Shown in pieces: positions 26,645 through 38,720 of a stretch of 63,721 nt of DNA. The stretch comes from Octopus bimaculoides (taxonomy: Eukaryota). Position numbers and translations under genes: made by a program. Below the pieces are notes generated by a model. That model worked only from the letters and a program-made list of their open reading frames with translations, was not told the origin of the DNA and made no database searches. The DNA lies in the NCBI RefSeq assembly GCF_001194135.2, contig NC_068990.1, positions 87,822,314 through 87,886,034 on the forward strand. Reading direction: 5' to 3'. Position 1 is the first letter of the stretch, and the number at the start of each line of letters is the position of its first letter.

Positions 26645-27058
26645 ATGATCAGAACCCAATAAGGTTCGAAAATCTATTGTTGTTCATCATTTTTTCAGTC
26701 TGCGGAGAAATGGCTAAAATTTGCCCTGTTTATAATTATACCATATGTTACGTATATATTATATCATACCCTGATACTGTGTGTACTAAAATCGCCGTTG
26801 ACAGGCCGCTAATATTTATAGAGTGTTAAACACTTGCGTTATGCAAATTAGGAACTCCATAGAGTAACTGCTGCATTTGTTGAGTTTATAAGCAGTTTGG
26901 ATGCTTACTTCTCTGGAGATTGTCAAAGTGATGTGGACGCCTCTGATGGGAACCGAATAAGAGTTCGAAAATCGATTAAGATTGTTCATCATTTTGCTTC
27001 AGTCTGCGGAGAAATGGCTAAGATTTGTCCTGTTTATAATTATACCATATGTTACATA
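26645..27058 (+). mobile_element. 298-bp tandem repeat (~1.4 monomers visible) carrying hammerhead motifs (retrozyme-like family 2)
   Basis: A ~110-bp segment (GAACC.AATAAG..GTTCGAAAATC...TCAGTCTGCGGAGAAATGGCTAA.ATTTG.CCTGTTTATAATTATACCATATGTTAC) starts at 26652 and again at 26950. The left side abuts the gap 26557-26639. Confidence 0.75.
26922..26990 (+). ncRNA. Type I hammerhead ribozyme motif (family 2)
   Basis: ...CCT [CTGATGG] GAACC-GAATAA-GAGTTC [GAAA] ATCGAT T A AGATTGTTCATC. Stem III AATCGATT is palindromic. The sister copy has TGATCA GAACC-CAATAA-GGTTC GAAA. Stem I pairing is only partial. Confidence 0.6.
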
Positions 27059-27290
27059 AATACAGTGTTGGCCAAAAGTCACCTAGCAGCAAATCAAAGC
27101 CATTTAACTGTAAGATTTATCTATGTTTAACAACTGGATGTATTTCATAAAAGCATCTAAATCTGAAACATCATGAAAATTGTTCAAACTGAAGTCTTGA
27201 ATGACACTTTTTAACTATTCAAGTCAATACAGAATTAAAGATAGTATTTATGCAACTTTGATTTACTGTCGGGTGACCTTTGACCAATCC

Positions 27291-27322
<32 letters not shown>

Positions 27323-28215
27323 NNNNNNNNNNNNNNNNNNNNNNNNNNNNNNNNNNNNNNNNNNNNNNNNNNNNNNNNNNNNNNNNNNNNNNNNNNNNNN
27401 NNNNNNNNNNNNNNNNNNNNNNNNNNNNNNNNNNNNNNNNNNNNNNNNNNNNNNNNNNNNNNNNNNNNNNNNNNNNNNNNNNNNNNNNNNNNNNNNNNNN
27501 NNNNNNNNNNNNNNNNNNNNNNNNNNNNNNNNNNNNNNNNNNNNNNNNNNNNNNNNNNNNNNNNNNNNNNNNNNNNNNNNNNNNNNNNNNNNNNNNNNNN
27601 NNNNNNNNNNNNNNNNNNNNNNNNNNNNNNNNNNNNNNNNNNNNNNNNNNNNNNNNNNNNNNNNNNNNNNNNNNNNNNNNNNNNNNNNNNNNNNNNNNNN
27701 NNNNNNNNNNNNNNNNNNNNNNNNNNNNNNNNNNNNNNNNNNNNNNNNNNNNNNNNNNNNNNNNNNNNNNNNNNNNNNNNNNNNNNNNNNNNNNNNNNNN
27801 NNNNNNNNNNNNNNNNNNNNNNNNNNNNNNNNNNNNNNNNNNNNNNNNNNNNNNNNNNNNNNNNNNNNNNNNNNNNNNNNNNNNNNNNNNNNNNNNNNNN
27901 NNNNNNNNNNNNNNNNNNNNNNNNNNNNNNNNNNNNNNNNNNNNNNNNNNNNNNNNNNNNNNNNNNNNNNNNNNNNNNNNNNNNNNNNNNNNNNNNNNNN
28001 NNNNNNNNNNNNNNNNNNNNNNNNNNNNNNNNNNNNNNNNNNNNNNNNNNNNNNNNNNNNNNNNNNNNNNNNNNNNNNNNNNNNNNNNNNNNNNNNNNNN
28101 NNNNNNNNNNNNNNNNNNNNNNNNNNNNNNNNNNNNNNNNNNNNNNNNNNNNNNNNNNNNNNNNNNNNNNNNNNNNNNNNNNNNNNNNNNNNNNNNNNNN
28201 NNNNNNNNNNNNNNN

Positions 28216-28292
<77 letters not shown>

Positions 28293-28779
28293 AAGAAATT
28301 AATTTTAAAATGCACTTAACCGGTTTCTTATTTGTTTCATTTTCAAAAATGTGAGTTTGAGTAACCTGGAATTGCGTCGCAAACTATGTTGTCTGCGAGA
28401 CAGCTCAAACGTTCCTTAAGACTGACTCTTTTGAAAATCAAACAAATATGAAGCCGGTTAAGTGTACGAATTTTAATTTAAATTAATCTTCAGATATACA
28501 CTGTGCATTTTCAACTTCATTTATGTCTTCTGCACTACTACTTCTATGGATTATTAATGGTTTATATATTCATACACACACACGAGCGAGCGCGCACACA
28601 CACACACACACACATACCCCCACACGCATGAAGAAATGGAGAAACAGAATATATCCCAATACATATGTATACATACAGACATACATATATATAAAAATTA
28701 TACATAATCATGCATATGCATACACACACATATGCGTGTGTATGTATGCATGTTTACATGTATACACATACAAAGTACA

Positions 28780-28788
28780 TATGAATAA

Positions 28789-28833
<45 letters not shown>

Positions 28834-28968
28834 AGATATATGAACATGCATATGTGTATGTTTATATAAACATATATACACATGAATATACATACGTATA
28901 TGTATATATATTCATATATATATGTATATATATATATACATATGTATATATACTCATATATATATATG

Positions 28969-29000
<32 letters not shown>

Positions 29001-29103
29001 AATATATATATATTCATATATATATGTATATATATATGTATATATATATATAAATATATGTATATTCATATATATATATGTATATATATATATGTGTGTG
29101 TGT

Positions 29104-29135
<32 letters not shown>

Positions 29136-29200
29136 ATAAACACACACATAAATATATATGTATATATATTTATATACATATATATGTGTGTGTGTGTTGG
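28780..29200. repeat. Long degenerate (TA)/(TG) microsatellite
   Basis: Read directly. Confidence 0.95.
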
Positions 29201-30095
29201 TGGGTACCAAGTCGTTATTCCCTTCTGTTTCATTTTAGTTCATTAACCGTTACTAAATTGTTAATTCGCAATGTAGGCATAAGAAAAATCAATAATTTCG
29301 ATACGTGGGCGCTTGAAATTAAACGCGAAATATCATTTATAGCGCTACTGTAGATACATACATACATACATACATACATACATACATACATAGAAGCATA
29401 CTTACATGCATACATACATGCATACGTGTATGGTTTATGCATATATATGTATGTATGTATTATGTATGTGCGTGAGCGCGTGTTTATGTGGGTGTGGAAA
29501 GTGTGTATGTTTACACACACATGTGTGTGTGCATGTGTGTTTATATTTACATCAAGATTGTTATCTGTTATCGTTTTTTTTACTCGAGTAAAATGAAAGC
29601 ACAAATATTGACTTGGATTTTGAGATTCTTTTAGAAGTTCCCAATAAAAGATAGGATAAGCATTCGCCAAACACTATGCACATTACAATACATTCCACGT
29701 GATAAGTAGACCAGACAAAGAGCAGATTTGATCTCAGAACAATTGTTCTTCTTGTTATTCTTAAAAGACTGCTTTATACATATTCCCTCTAATCTGAAAT
29801 TTCTTTTTAGATGTGATGTGTTTGTTCTGTGCGTTGGCAGAGGATAGAGTGGGAGTGGCGTTGACGAGGTACATTTGCGTTTTGGTGAGTGACAAGAACA
29901 CAAGGACAATATGCATAAATTATGTATGTATGTATGTATGTATGTATGTATGTATGTATGTATGTATGTATAAATGTGTGAATGTATATATATATGCGTA
30001 TATATAGGGAGAATTCACAAAAAAAAAACAAAGGACGAAGACAGATGGTGTAGACAACAAACAGATGCATTGGTTTAACGCTCGGGAAGTGAAAA

Positions 30096-30137
30096 AGTCT
30101 TTAACGTTTCGACCCTATGCTCTTCCACAGAAAGTAA
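30096..30137 (-). ncRNA. Degenerate minimal hammerhead-like motif of Penelope type
   Basis: Minus strand: ACTTT CTGTGGA A GAGC-ATAG-GGTC GAAA CG T T AAAG. Two core mismatches, ACGT palindromic stem III, 4-bp stem I. Confidence 0.35.
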
Positions 30138-30194
30138 CACAGAAAGAAACAAGGAGAGGAAATAAAGAATGTGTAGTATGTATAAATGTATGTA

Positions 30195-30232
<38 letters not shown>

Positions 30233-30310
30233 TGTGTGCGTATGTGTGTGTGTATGTATGCATGTATGGATGGATTCATGCATGCATGTATGTATGTATA
30301 AATGCATGTA

Positions 30311-30386
<76 letters not shown>

Positions 30387-31189
30387 TATATGTATGAGTA
30401 ACTGTATGTATGTATGTATGTATGTATGTATGCATTTAATGTATGCGGGTATGTATGCATGTATACATGTATTTATGCATGTATGCATGTATGTATATAT
30501 GTACATAATTTAAACAAAATTGAGCAATGAGAAAAACTCCGAGTAGCCAGTTGCATGTATTTGAACAATGTTAACAAATACAGGTATATTAAATACCATA
30601 CAACATAAATTCATGATTCATTGAAATTATCTCAGGACGATAATTATTCCAACTTATCTCCAGTAGCCAAAGGGACACAGACTTACACAAAAAGAAGTAA
30701 ACCACATTTGTACCCGAAATAATTTCACATGAATATATGCATGTATGTATATGTGAGTGTGTATGTGTGAGGGCGAATTTCGTAGTCATTAAGAGTGTTC
30801 GGTTCTCACGATCTCAGTATCGTGTGTTCAAATCCGGGACTGGGCGGCGCGTTTTGTCTACAAGTAAGATATTTCATTTCACTACACAGACGCCTGAAGT
30901 AACTCGTTTTCGCGAATTGTTTCTGATATCTATGTAGTTACTTTTACAAAACCATGCCCGCTTGCGTTTGATGGCTAGCTTATATGTATATCTGGGTGTA
31001 TATATGTGTGCGTATATTGTATATTCATAATAATTTTATTGATAGTCACTTCGAAATTTTACCAGGATTATGGTTTATTTAAACCGGTTTTATCACCATC
31101 TTGGTCAAAGGAACACTTCATTGTACATCTTCAAACTAATATCTAAACGAGTAGGTAAACACAAAACATAAAGTAACGGCTCTAGTGAA

Positions 31190-31390
31190 TGTGTGTGCTC
31201 CTCAACATCGCTTGACAACCGATGCTGGTGTGTTTATGTCCCCGTGATTTAGCGGTTCGGCAAAAGAGACCGATGGAATAAGTACTAGGCTTGCAAAGAA
31301 TAAGTCCTGGGGTCGATTTGCTCGACTAAAGGCGGTGCTCTAGCATGGCTGGAGTCAAATGACTGAAACAAGTAAAAGAGTAAAAGAGAG
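31190..31390 (+). mobile_element. SINE 3' module (ends ACTGAAACAAGTAAAAGAG)
   Basis: CTTGACAACCGATGCTGGTGTGTTTATGTCCCCG...TTAGCGGTTCGGCAAAAGAGACCGATGGAATAAGTACTAGGC... is shared with 31925, 35625 and 44620. Confidence 0.8.
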
Positions 31391-31924
31391 AGAGTATGTG
31401 TGAATAAGTGTCTATGTTTATATGCAAATATATATATGAATATATGCGTGTGAATGCATGCATGTATATATGACGTGCGTGTTTGTATACATGTGTAGAT
31501 GTGAATATATGACCATGTGTGTATCAAAGCGTGAGTTTGTACGGAGACCTACATATAGGTGTTATTTTATCGATTACCAATTATGCTTTCGCCTCCATCG
31601 TTTTTTTTTTTTTCTTTATCTTTCCACTCTCCAGGATTAAAATAAATTCAATCTCTATAGCGCAAGAACTTAATTTCAATAGAATTTAGCACAATGACAA
31701 TCAATACACATATGAAGAAAACTCTATCGAACTCTATACCTAAGCATTAAGAGCACGCAGCTAAAACTGTTAAAGCCGCTACAAATGCTAGGCCTCCCTG
31801 ATCATCGCCGATGATCTCTTCCGGTGATCTCATATCGGCCTAGCTGTGTGTATACACACACACACACGCACACATACACATCAGCTCTTTAAATGAAAAC
31901 TTAATCCCGAAAGGCATTTCTTCC

Positions 31925-32115
31925 GATGGTCTACTGTGTCTGCAATGATGTTGGTATGCTTAAGTCTCCGTAACTTAGCGGTTCGGCAAAAGATACCGAT
32001 AGAATAAGCACTAGGCTTACAAAGAATAAGTCCTAGGTTCGCTTTGTTCGACTAAAGGCGGTGCTCCAGTATGACCGCAGTCAAATGACTGAAACAAATA
32101 AAAGAATAAAAGAAC
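31925..32115 (+). mobile_element. SINE 3' module
   Basis: Same body as 31190. Confidence 0.78.
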
Positions 32116-32124
32116 ATAAAGAAG

Positions 32125-32180
<56 letters not shown>

Positions 32181-33015
32181 CGCGCGCGCGTATGTATGTA
32201 TGTGTGTATAGATCTAAGAAATAGAAAGAGCAGAAGAACGAAAGGAAAAAAGAGTTTGAGGAGAATAACAGAGATGAGAAGCTAAAATGAGAAAGAAGGA
32301 AAGATGGGAGACACGAGGCACGAAGCAGACGATAGTTGACACCAAACCACGTGATTAAATGGAACGAGCAGATGAAATATCACGTAACACTTTATTAACA
32401 CTGTCATAGAAAGAATGTCCTTTTGATGTTAATTATATATTAAATGTATTTAGAATATATTCTACTAAGAAAGAAAAGATTATTGCTTAAATACCCTACA
32501 AATTCAATTTTATATATGAAAAATGGCCACATTGAGAAGAGCCATAAATATTTTTTTGTAAGTTCAATAGACACAAAGGAAATTTTTTAAATTATATTTC
32601 AAGAAATATGAAAACATACCGCTACATAGTATTACTCTCAAAGCTAAATTAAATTTATATTTGCTTGTTGAAGCCTTTTAGTGAATCGTAATTATTGTAT
32701 TAATACTTTAGCTTATGGGATTTTAAATCTGTTTTGGGGTAAATAGCACAGAAACCAAATAATATCCCAGTAACCGAACATAGAAGCTTTGAGAGCCGCA
32801 GTTGGCCTCTATTTTTATATATTTAGTTTGAAACTTACTTACTTTCCCCATTATATGTATCTACGTGAATACTTACATTTCCGTATAGCGTTCACCAGAG
32901 CCATACTCCTCAAAGGTATCTAAGAAACCTCTTCAAGAAAGATCAAAAATAGAGCGTTGCTTGTAACAGAATTAGATCTTTTGTTCTTCCAGGTCATTAG
33001 TCTCTCTGTCTCCAC

Positions 33016-33078
<63 letters not shown>

Positions 33079-33467
33079 TGGATAGACATACGCTCACACA
33101 CACACATACACACACATTTCTTTTGCATTTGGTTTTGTTTTCTGCTTATTCATGTTTTATTCCACATTTTTAATTGATGTAGGTAATGGCTGAACAGAAA
33201 GAAGTTACATCAGTGGGCGTGTATCTATGAATATACATACATGCCTGTGTGTGCATTTGTATGAATATCTGTGTGTGCGTGTGTGTATATATGTATGTAC
33301 ATGCATAACCCATGTATACACACAGACATGCACACTTGCATTTATATACATACATATCTATACATGCATGTGTGTGTATGTCTAAGTATATGTGTATATG
33401 TACACACATGCACATATGTATTTGTGTAAATAGGCGTTCATATAGACATACATATAACTGAGCACAG

Positions 33468-33548
<81 letters not shown>

Positions 33549-34010
33549 CAAAAATACATGCATGCATCATATGTGCATTTATCTATTCAACTATTTTAGT
33601 AGGTATCACCTGAGACCGAACAAATACAAATTACTAGCCTATCTATTTCGCTTTCTCTCTATCTAGCCATCTATCCAGCTACTTATCTGTTTCGCTGTAC
33701 CTCCCTACCTTTTGGATGAGTGGAAACAAGTTTTCAATATTGTTATTGATCCATTGTGTTTTAGTACGTTGTGTTGATGGAGTACGGATATTTGCTTCTT
33801 TTCATTGTATTCTTACCAAAAGACCCAACGTAAAGAAAGCTTACAGAGGTTGTACGAATACAGGAAGAAGATACACATATGACATAAACAGTCACAAGAA
33901 AGAATGACTGGAGTGACGTCTCCCTCCCTGATGCACCAGTCACCACCAATGTAAAAGAAGAATAAGATTACAATAAGATTAAAACCAGCTAGAGTCACAC
34001 ACACACACAC

Positions 34011-34041
<31 letters not shown>

Positions 34042-34431
34042 TTCACATACACACACGCATACACACATATGCACACGCACATGCATTCTCAGGTAGACAA
34101 CAAAAAGAAGAAACAAACAGATTAATAAAGAAATTTAAACCAAACAATACCATGACATGTCACGTGCTTGACATACTGATGAAAACAATTGCTTGGCATA
34201 GCAGAGAAATCACTTGGTAAATGTTCTTGAAAATTTCAACTCATAGATCAGGAAGGACACAGACAAAATGTATGGGAAATTTCTGGGAATATAAATGAAA
34301 AAACATCAAAAAGTGGACAACAACCGGTGACTGTATTTATAAGCTTTAGTATACCGTTTCCAAAATTTAGCAATATTGGTCTCAATACACGGCTTCAAAC
34401 GAAAATTCTTGCGAAACAAATTTATATATGA

Positions 34432-34478
<47 letters not shown>

Positions 34479-34641
34479 AAGGTGTACAGGTGGCAATTCA
34501 TTACGGCCGTTTCAAGTGGCTCCATTTACTTGATTAATGAGAACATTACATCAATCTGAAGGAAACCGCTCTCTGCAGATGATCGCATAGGCATCAAACA
34601 TAAAGGATAAACCATTTTTTAAAAACAAGTTTACCTCAGTA

Positions 34642-34684
<43 letters not shown>

Positions 34685-35146
34685 GGGTATACTTTTCGTA
34701 ATGAGATAAAAAAAACCAAGGTTTAGTATAATATAGAACATTTATAAAAACAAGTCTACCTCAGTAATGGAAACTAAAATATTTACATTGTCTCCTTTTG
34801 TTTTTCGTGTGGCAGAATGAGTTTAGAAAATAATGCATACCTTGTTAAGCCTACTATAATTTAGAGATTAGCAGGGGAAATAGTCGGGGGTGGAGTCAGG
34901 ATAAAAGAAGCGGTGACATAGATACTTATTCTTAGAAGACTTTATGTAGCATGCAGTCTTCAACCATTTAGAATTAAATCCCTAGGGAGTTGTCAACAGT
35001 ATGCTAGTTGACGGTTATAAATCAGTTACAGTCAGATAATCTACCAGACTCTCAATGTACTGGAACCATATATCTAACTTTATCTACATAAAAGGCTATG
35101 CGACCTTTTCACTGTGATACTAATAGATTGGATTTGGAGAATCCAC

Positions 35147-35569
35147 GTTGTTGTACTTGGGGATGGTCATATTGCCAGTTTAGCCAATAAAAACACACGC
35201 ACTGTATATTTGGTGTTAATTTGCTTCAGCTTTATATTACATTAATCTTAATCTTATTTCGGCCAGAGTTCTTTCGTCACACTTCTGTGACCTCATCAGT
35301 GGTCCTTTGTTTCCTTCTTTCTTATGCGTAGACACATACAATAGGAATACAAAATACAAAATGGCTGATAGTTAACAAGGTGAGACACACATAAGAAAGA
35401 AGGAAACAAAGGACCACTGATGAGGTCACAGAAGTGTGACGAAAGAACTCTGGCCGAAATAAGATTAAGATTAATGTAATATAAAGCTGAAGCAAATTAA
35501 CACCAAATATACAGTGCGTGTGTTTTTATTGGCTAAACTGGCAATATGACCATCCCCAAGTACAACAAC
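35147..35569. mobile_element. Perfect 180-bp inverted repeat with 63-bp spacer, each arm carrying a hammerhead-like motif (Penelope-like inverted pLTR)
   Basis: 35147-35326 is the exact reverse complement of 35390-35569 by eye. Confidence 0.85.
35411..35455 (+). ncRNA. Type I hammerhead-like motif (mirror copy on minus strand in the left arm)
   Basis: GGACCA [CTGATGA] G GTCACA-GAAG-TGTGAC [GAAA] G-AA-C T C TGGCC. Intact core, 6-bp stem II, CUC triplet, stem I GG(A)CCA/TGGCC, one extra G after A9. Confidence 0.6.
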
Positions 35570-35624
35570 ATCTGTTTCAACACACGATTTCACATCAAAA
35601 ATCTTGCAAAACAAATATATATAT

Positions 35625-35830
35625 ATATATATTCTTTTACTCTTTTAATCTTCTACTTGTTTCAGTCATTAGACTGCTACCATGCTGGAGCACCACCTTG
35701 GCGTTTTAGTCAATCGACTCCAGTATTTATATTTTATTTAAGCATGGTACTTATTCTATTGGTCTCTTTTGCCGAACCGCTAAGTTATGGGGACGCAAAC
35801 ATACTAACGCCGGTTGTCAAGCGGTGGTAG
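35625..35830 (-). mobile_element. SINE 3' module
   Basis: Reverse complement of the body seen at 31190. Confidence 0.8.
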
Positions 35831-36464
35831 GAGACTCAAAGACACACACACACGTATATAAAATTTGTGCCTGTGGCTTTAAAGTGTCACCAATCAGGAT
35901 GTGCAACAATATAACATCTTTGTTGCATAATTCCTAGTCTTAGCTCAAAATATTTTTACTCCAATTTAAATAGGAAACTGAATTAATACCTTGGTTATAA
36001 TAAAATTATTAAAAATGATTATAAACTAACATACTCCATAAACATAGCTGCCAAACATCTGTCGTCATTTGCAACAAAAGACAAACCATAAACAAGCGGA
36101 CAGGGTCCCATGGTGCATTCTGTTTATACTGCCTCGTCAAAAGCACTCTCATGTGGCTTTATTTGTGTGATCAGCCAGCTTTCAAACCAGCGATAGATTA
36201 GAAGCACATAATTAACATAACGGTAGTTCTTTATCTATTTATTGATAAAACTGTCTCTGGTTGGCCAATTTGTATCTGACATGATAATCGCAATAATTTG
36301 TAGGGCTTCCGTCGGTCAAAGTTGATCATGCATCTGCATACGTATGGCAGATGCTTATACACAGGAGTCTCCCCTCTCTTCACCACCAATGTTTGTCCAA
36401 AAGAAAGGCTGCCATCTTAAGCCGATACAGTCTGGCACAAGAGTTATTGCAGGCATAGCTGTCA

Positions 36465-36680
36465 GAACGTAAAGAGCCAGAGCAAAAACCGAAAGGCACC
36501 TCGCCCAATCTTCTAACAATTCCACCAAACCACCGCCATAGTTTCTACTATTTTATCGGCCTCGAAAAGATGAAAAGTGAAGCTGACTTCAGCAGAATTT
36601 GAGCTCAAAGCCCAGCGTGTCAGAACAAAGAGGGTGAAAGCATTCTTTTCGACGCACTAATAACTCTACTAATTCACCAC
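36465..36680 (-). mobile_element. Degenerate SINE family A
   Basis: TTTTATCGGCCTCGAAAAGATGAAAAGTGAAGCTGACTTCAGCAGAATTTGAGCTCA matches the family A body. Confidence 0.6.
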
Positions 36681-36945
36681 CTGAAACCTTGTTGTTACCG
36701 GTACATTTAAATAGTTAAGGACATGACTACTTGCAAAGATTCAAGTGGTCATTTTTTTTTTCATAAGCAACATTACTTTCTTGGTGAAATATTAATATTC
36801 AGTTATTGGAATTACTCCAACTGATAGACGAAAGTAATATAAAGCTAGTTTTACACTAAAAGTGGAAGCATATGCCAAGTGTCGGAAAGACTAAATGTGC
36901 AATGCGCGGATACACTAGACATTAGCAAAATCTGGAGAAGCATGT

Positions 36946-37217
36946 AAACATGTTGCAAACATGATCTGTGAACAGTATTAAACATGTTGCAAACATGATC
37001 TGTGAACAGTATTGAATATGTTGCAAACATGATCTGTGAACAGTATTAAACATGTTGCAAACATGATCTGTGAACAGTATTAAACATGTTGCAAACATGA
37101 TCTGTGAACAGTATTAAACATGTTGCAAATATGATCTTTGAACAGTATTAAACATGTTGCAAATATGATCTGTGAACAGTATTAAATATGTTGCAAATAT
37201 GATCTGTGAACAGTATT
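36946..37217 (+). repeat. 34-bp minisatellite, 8 copies
   Basis: Unit AAACATGTTGCAAACATGATCTGTGAACAGTATT, with a few C/T and G variants. Confidence 0.95.
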
Positions 37218-37599
37218 AAAACTGATACATCAAAAAATAAAATACGCATGTTTTCACTTAAGTAGGTTTAGTCCATCACAGCAAAGTCTTTAAAGCCACT
37301 ACTTCATAGTATAATCATGTTATTTAAAGAAAATGGTAAATTTCAAGGGGAAAACTACGCTTAAAATCAAATATCCTGCAAGAGTATTTGTTCACAGCTA
37401 CGAAAACGAGGAATGGATTCCTTAATGTATGATATAGTCGACATGGTGGATTCCCAATATGGTAAGGATACGGAAGCTGAAGGTACTTTGGAAGTTAATC
37501 TTTACCGCTGATGATTCACTGATAAATGAATCTCAAAAACTTCTTATGTCACATGTTGATGAAAATGTATTTTGAGAGGAGGAGAAATGTAGTAAATAA

Positions 37600-37810
37600 C
37601 GGTATCAAATTTTGGCACCAGACCAGTAATTTTAGTGGGAGGATATTAGTCTGTATCACCGATTCCAGTATTCAACTGATGTCAATTTTATCGGTCCCTA
37701 ACCAATGGGAGACAAGTTCGACCTTGAATTCACAACGGAAAAAGCCGGAAGAAATACCGCTAGGCATTTTGTCCGATACGCTAACAGTTCTGCCACTTCG
37801 ACAGCTTAAT
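37600..37810 (-). mobile_element. Degenerate SINE family A
   Basis: GGTATCAAATTTTGGCACCAGACCAG...GCTAACAGTTCTGCCACTTCGAC. Confidence 0.7.
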
Positions 37811-38336
37811 GATGAGTGAAGTAATAGTTTTATTAAAATGTACCAATAAAATATATATTTTTGCTGTTTAGTATTTAAAATATTGTGAATTTTAACGTAT
37901 CTGTGTATGTATATACATACTTTTATGCGTGAGTTCATGTTGTATGGTTGTGTGTGAGTGCATTTGAATGTAAGTGTGTGAGGGTGCGGTATGTATGTGT
38001 GTGAGTGAGTGTATGTATGTGTGTACATACACATATGAGGTTCCTGTGATAAATGTATTCAGCAGACATGTCACTGCTATCACCTACATATTAATGCAAT
38101 CTACGTATAATACTTGTGTAATCAAACTAACTACAAACCTGTAAATGCGACAAACGACTGGAGTGAAGAATCCGAACACACTCCTTACCAACAGTCTCCT
38201 GGAGCAAGAGGAAGTTTACAAATTAAAGAAAATACCTACAGGATATTTTGTACCAACATTTTTAATGAATTGCAGTATAATATAGCAAGGCGGCGAGCTG
38301 GCAGAAACGTCAGTACTCCGGGCAAAGTGAAAGTCC

Positions 38337-38720
38337 TTTAACGCTTGTTCTTGAGCTGTGCATATAAGTGCATCTGTCTCTATCTTTAGGTCACGCCTCC
38401 TCATCCATAACCACCGGTCTTCTGATATCCCAGGTTCATTTTCCTAAGTACCAGGGTCAAAGGGATCATGCAGAGAATAAAAAGAAACGGAGATAGGCTA
38501 TCATCTTGAAAAATCCCTCTTCTGATGCCCAAGATGCCCATACTTTTTCCGTAGGATGTCAATTCATTTTTCCACCACACCATACTTCTCTTCAGGCAAC
38601 ACGTTACATACCTCACAATTCCGAACAGATCTAAGGACTTGATGATCCACGAATGTGGAATCATATCATAAGTTTTGCGATAGTCAGTTCAGGCTATTTT
38701 CAAATGTGTTCTCTTTCGTT
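38337..38720 (-). mobile_element. Internally deleted R4/Dong-like non-LTR RT fragment
   Basis: Minus strand: A*TDYRKTYDMIPHSWIIKSLDLFGI...IRRGIFQDDSLSPFLFILCMIPLTLVLRK joined to DLKIETDALICTAQEQALK, an R4-clade post-RT motif. A TAA/TGA microsatellite lies at its 5' side (38748-38800). Confidence 0.82.

Noticed and set aside
36946-37217. 34-bp repeats as a CRISPR array
   Set aside because: The repeats are contiguous with no spacers, no cas genes are present, and the context is eukaryotic.
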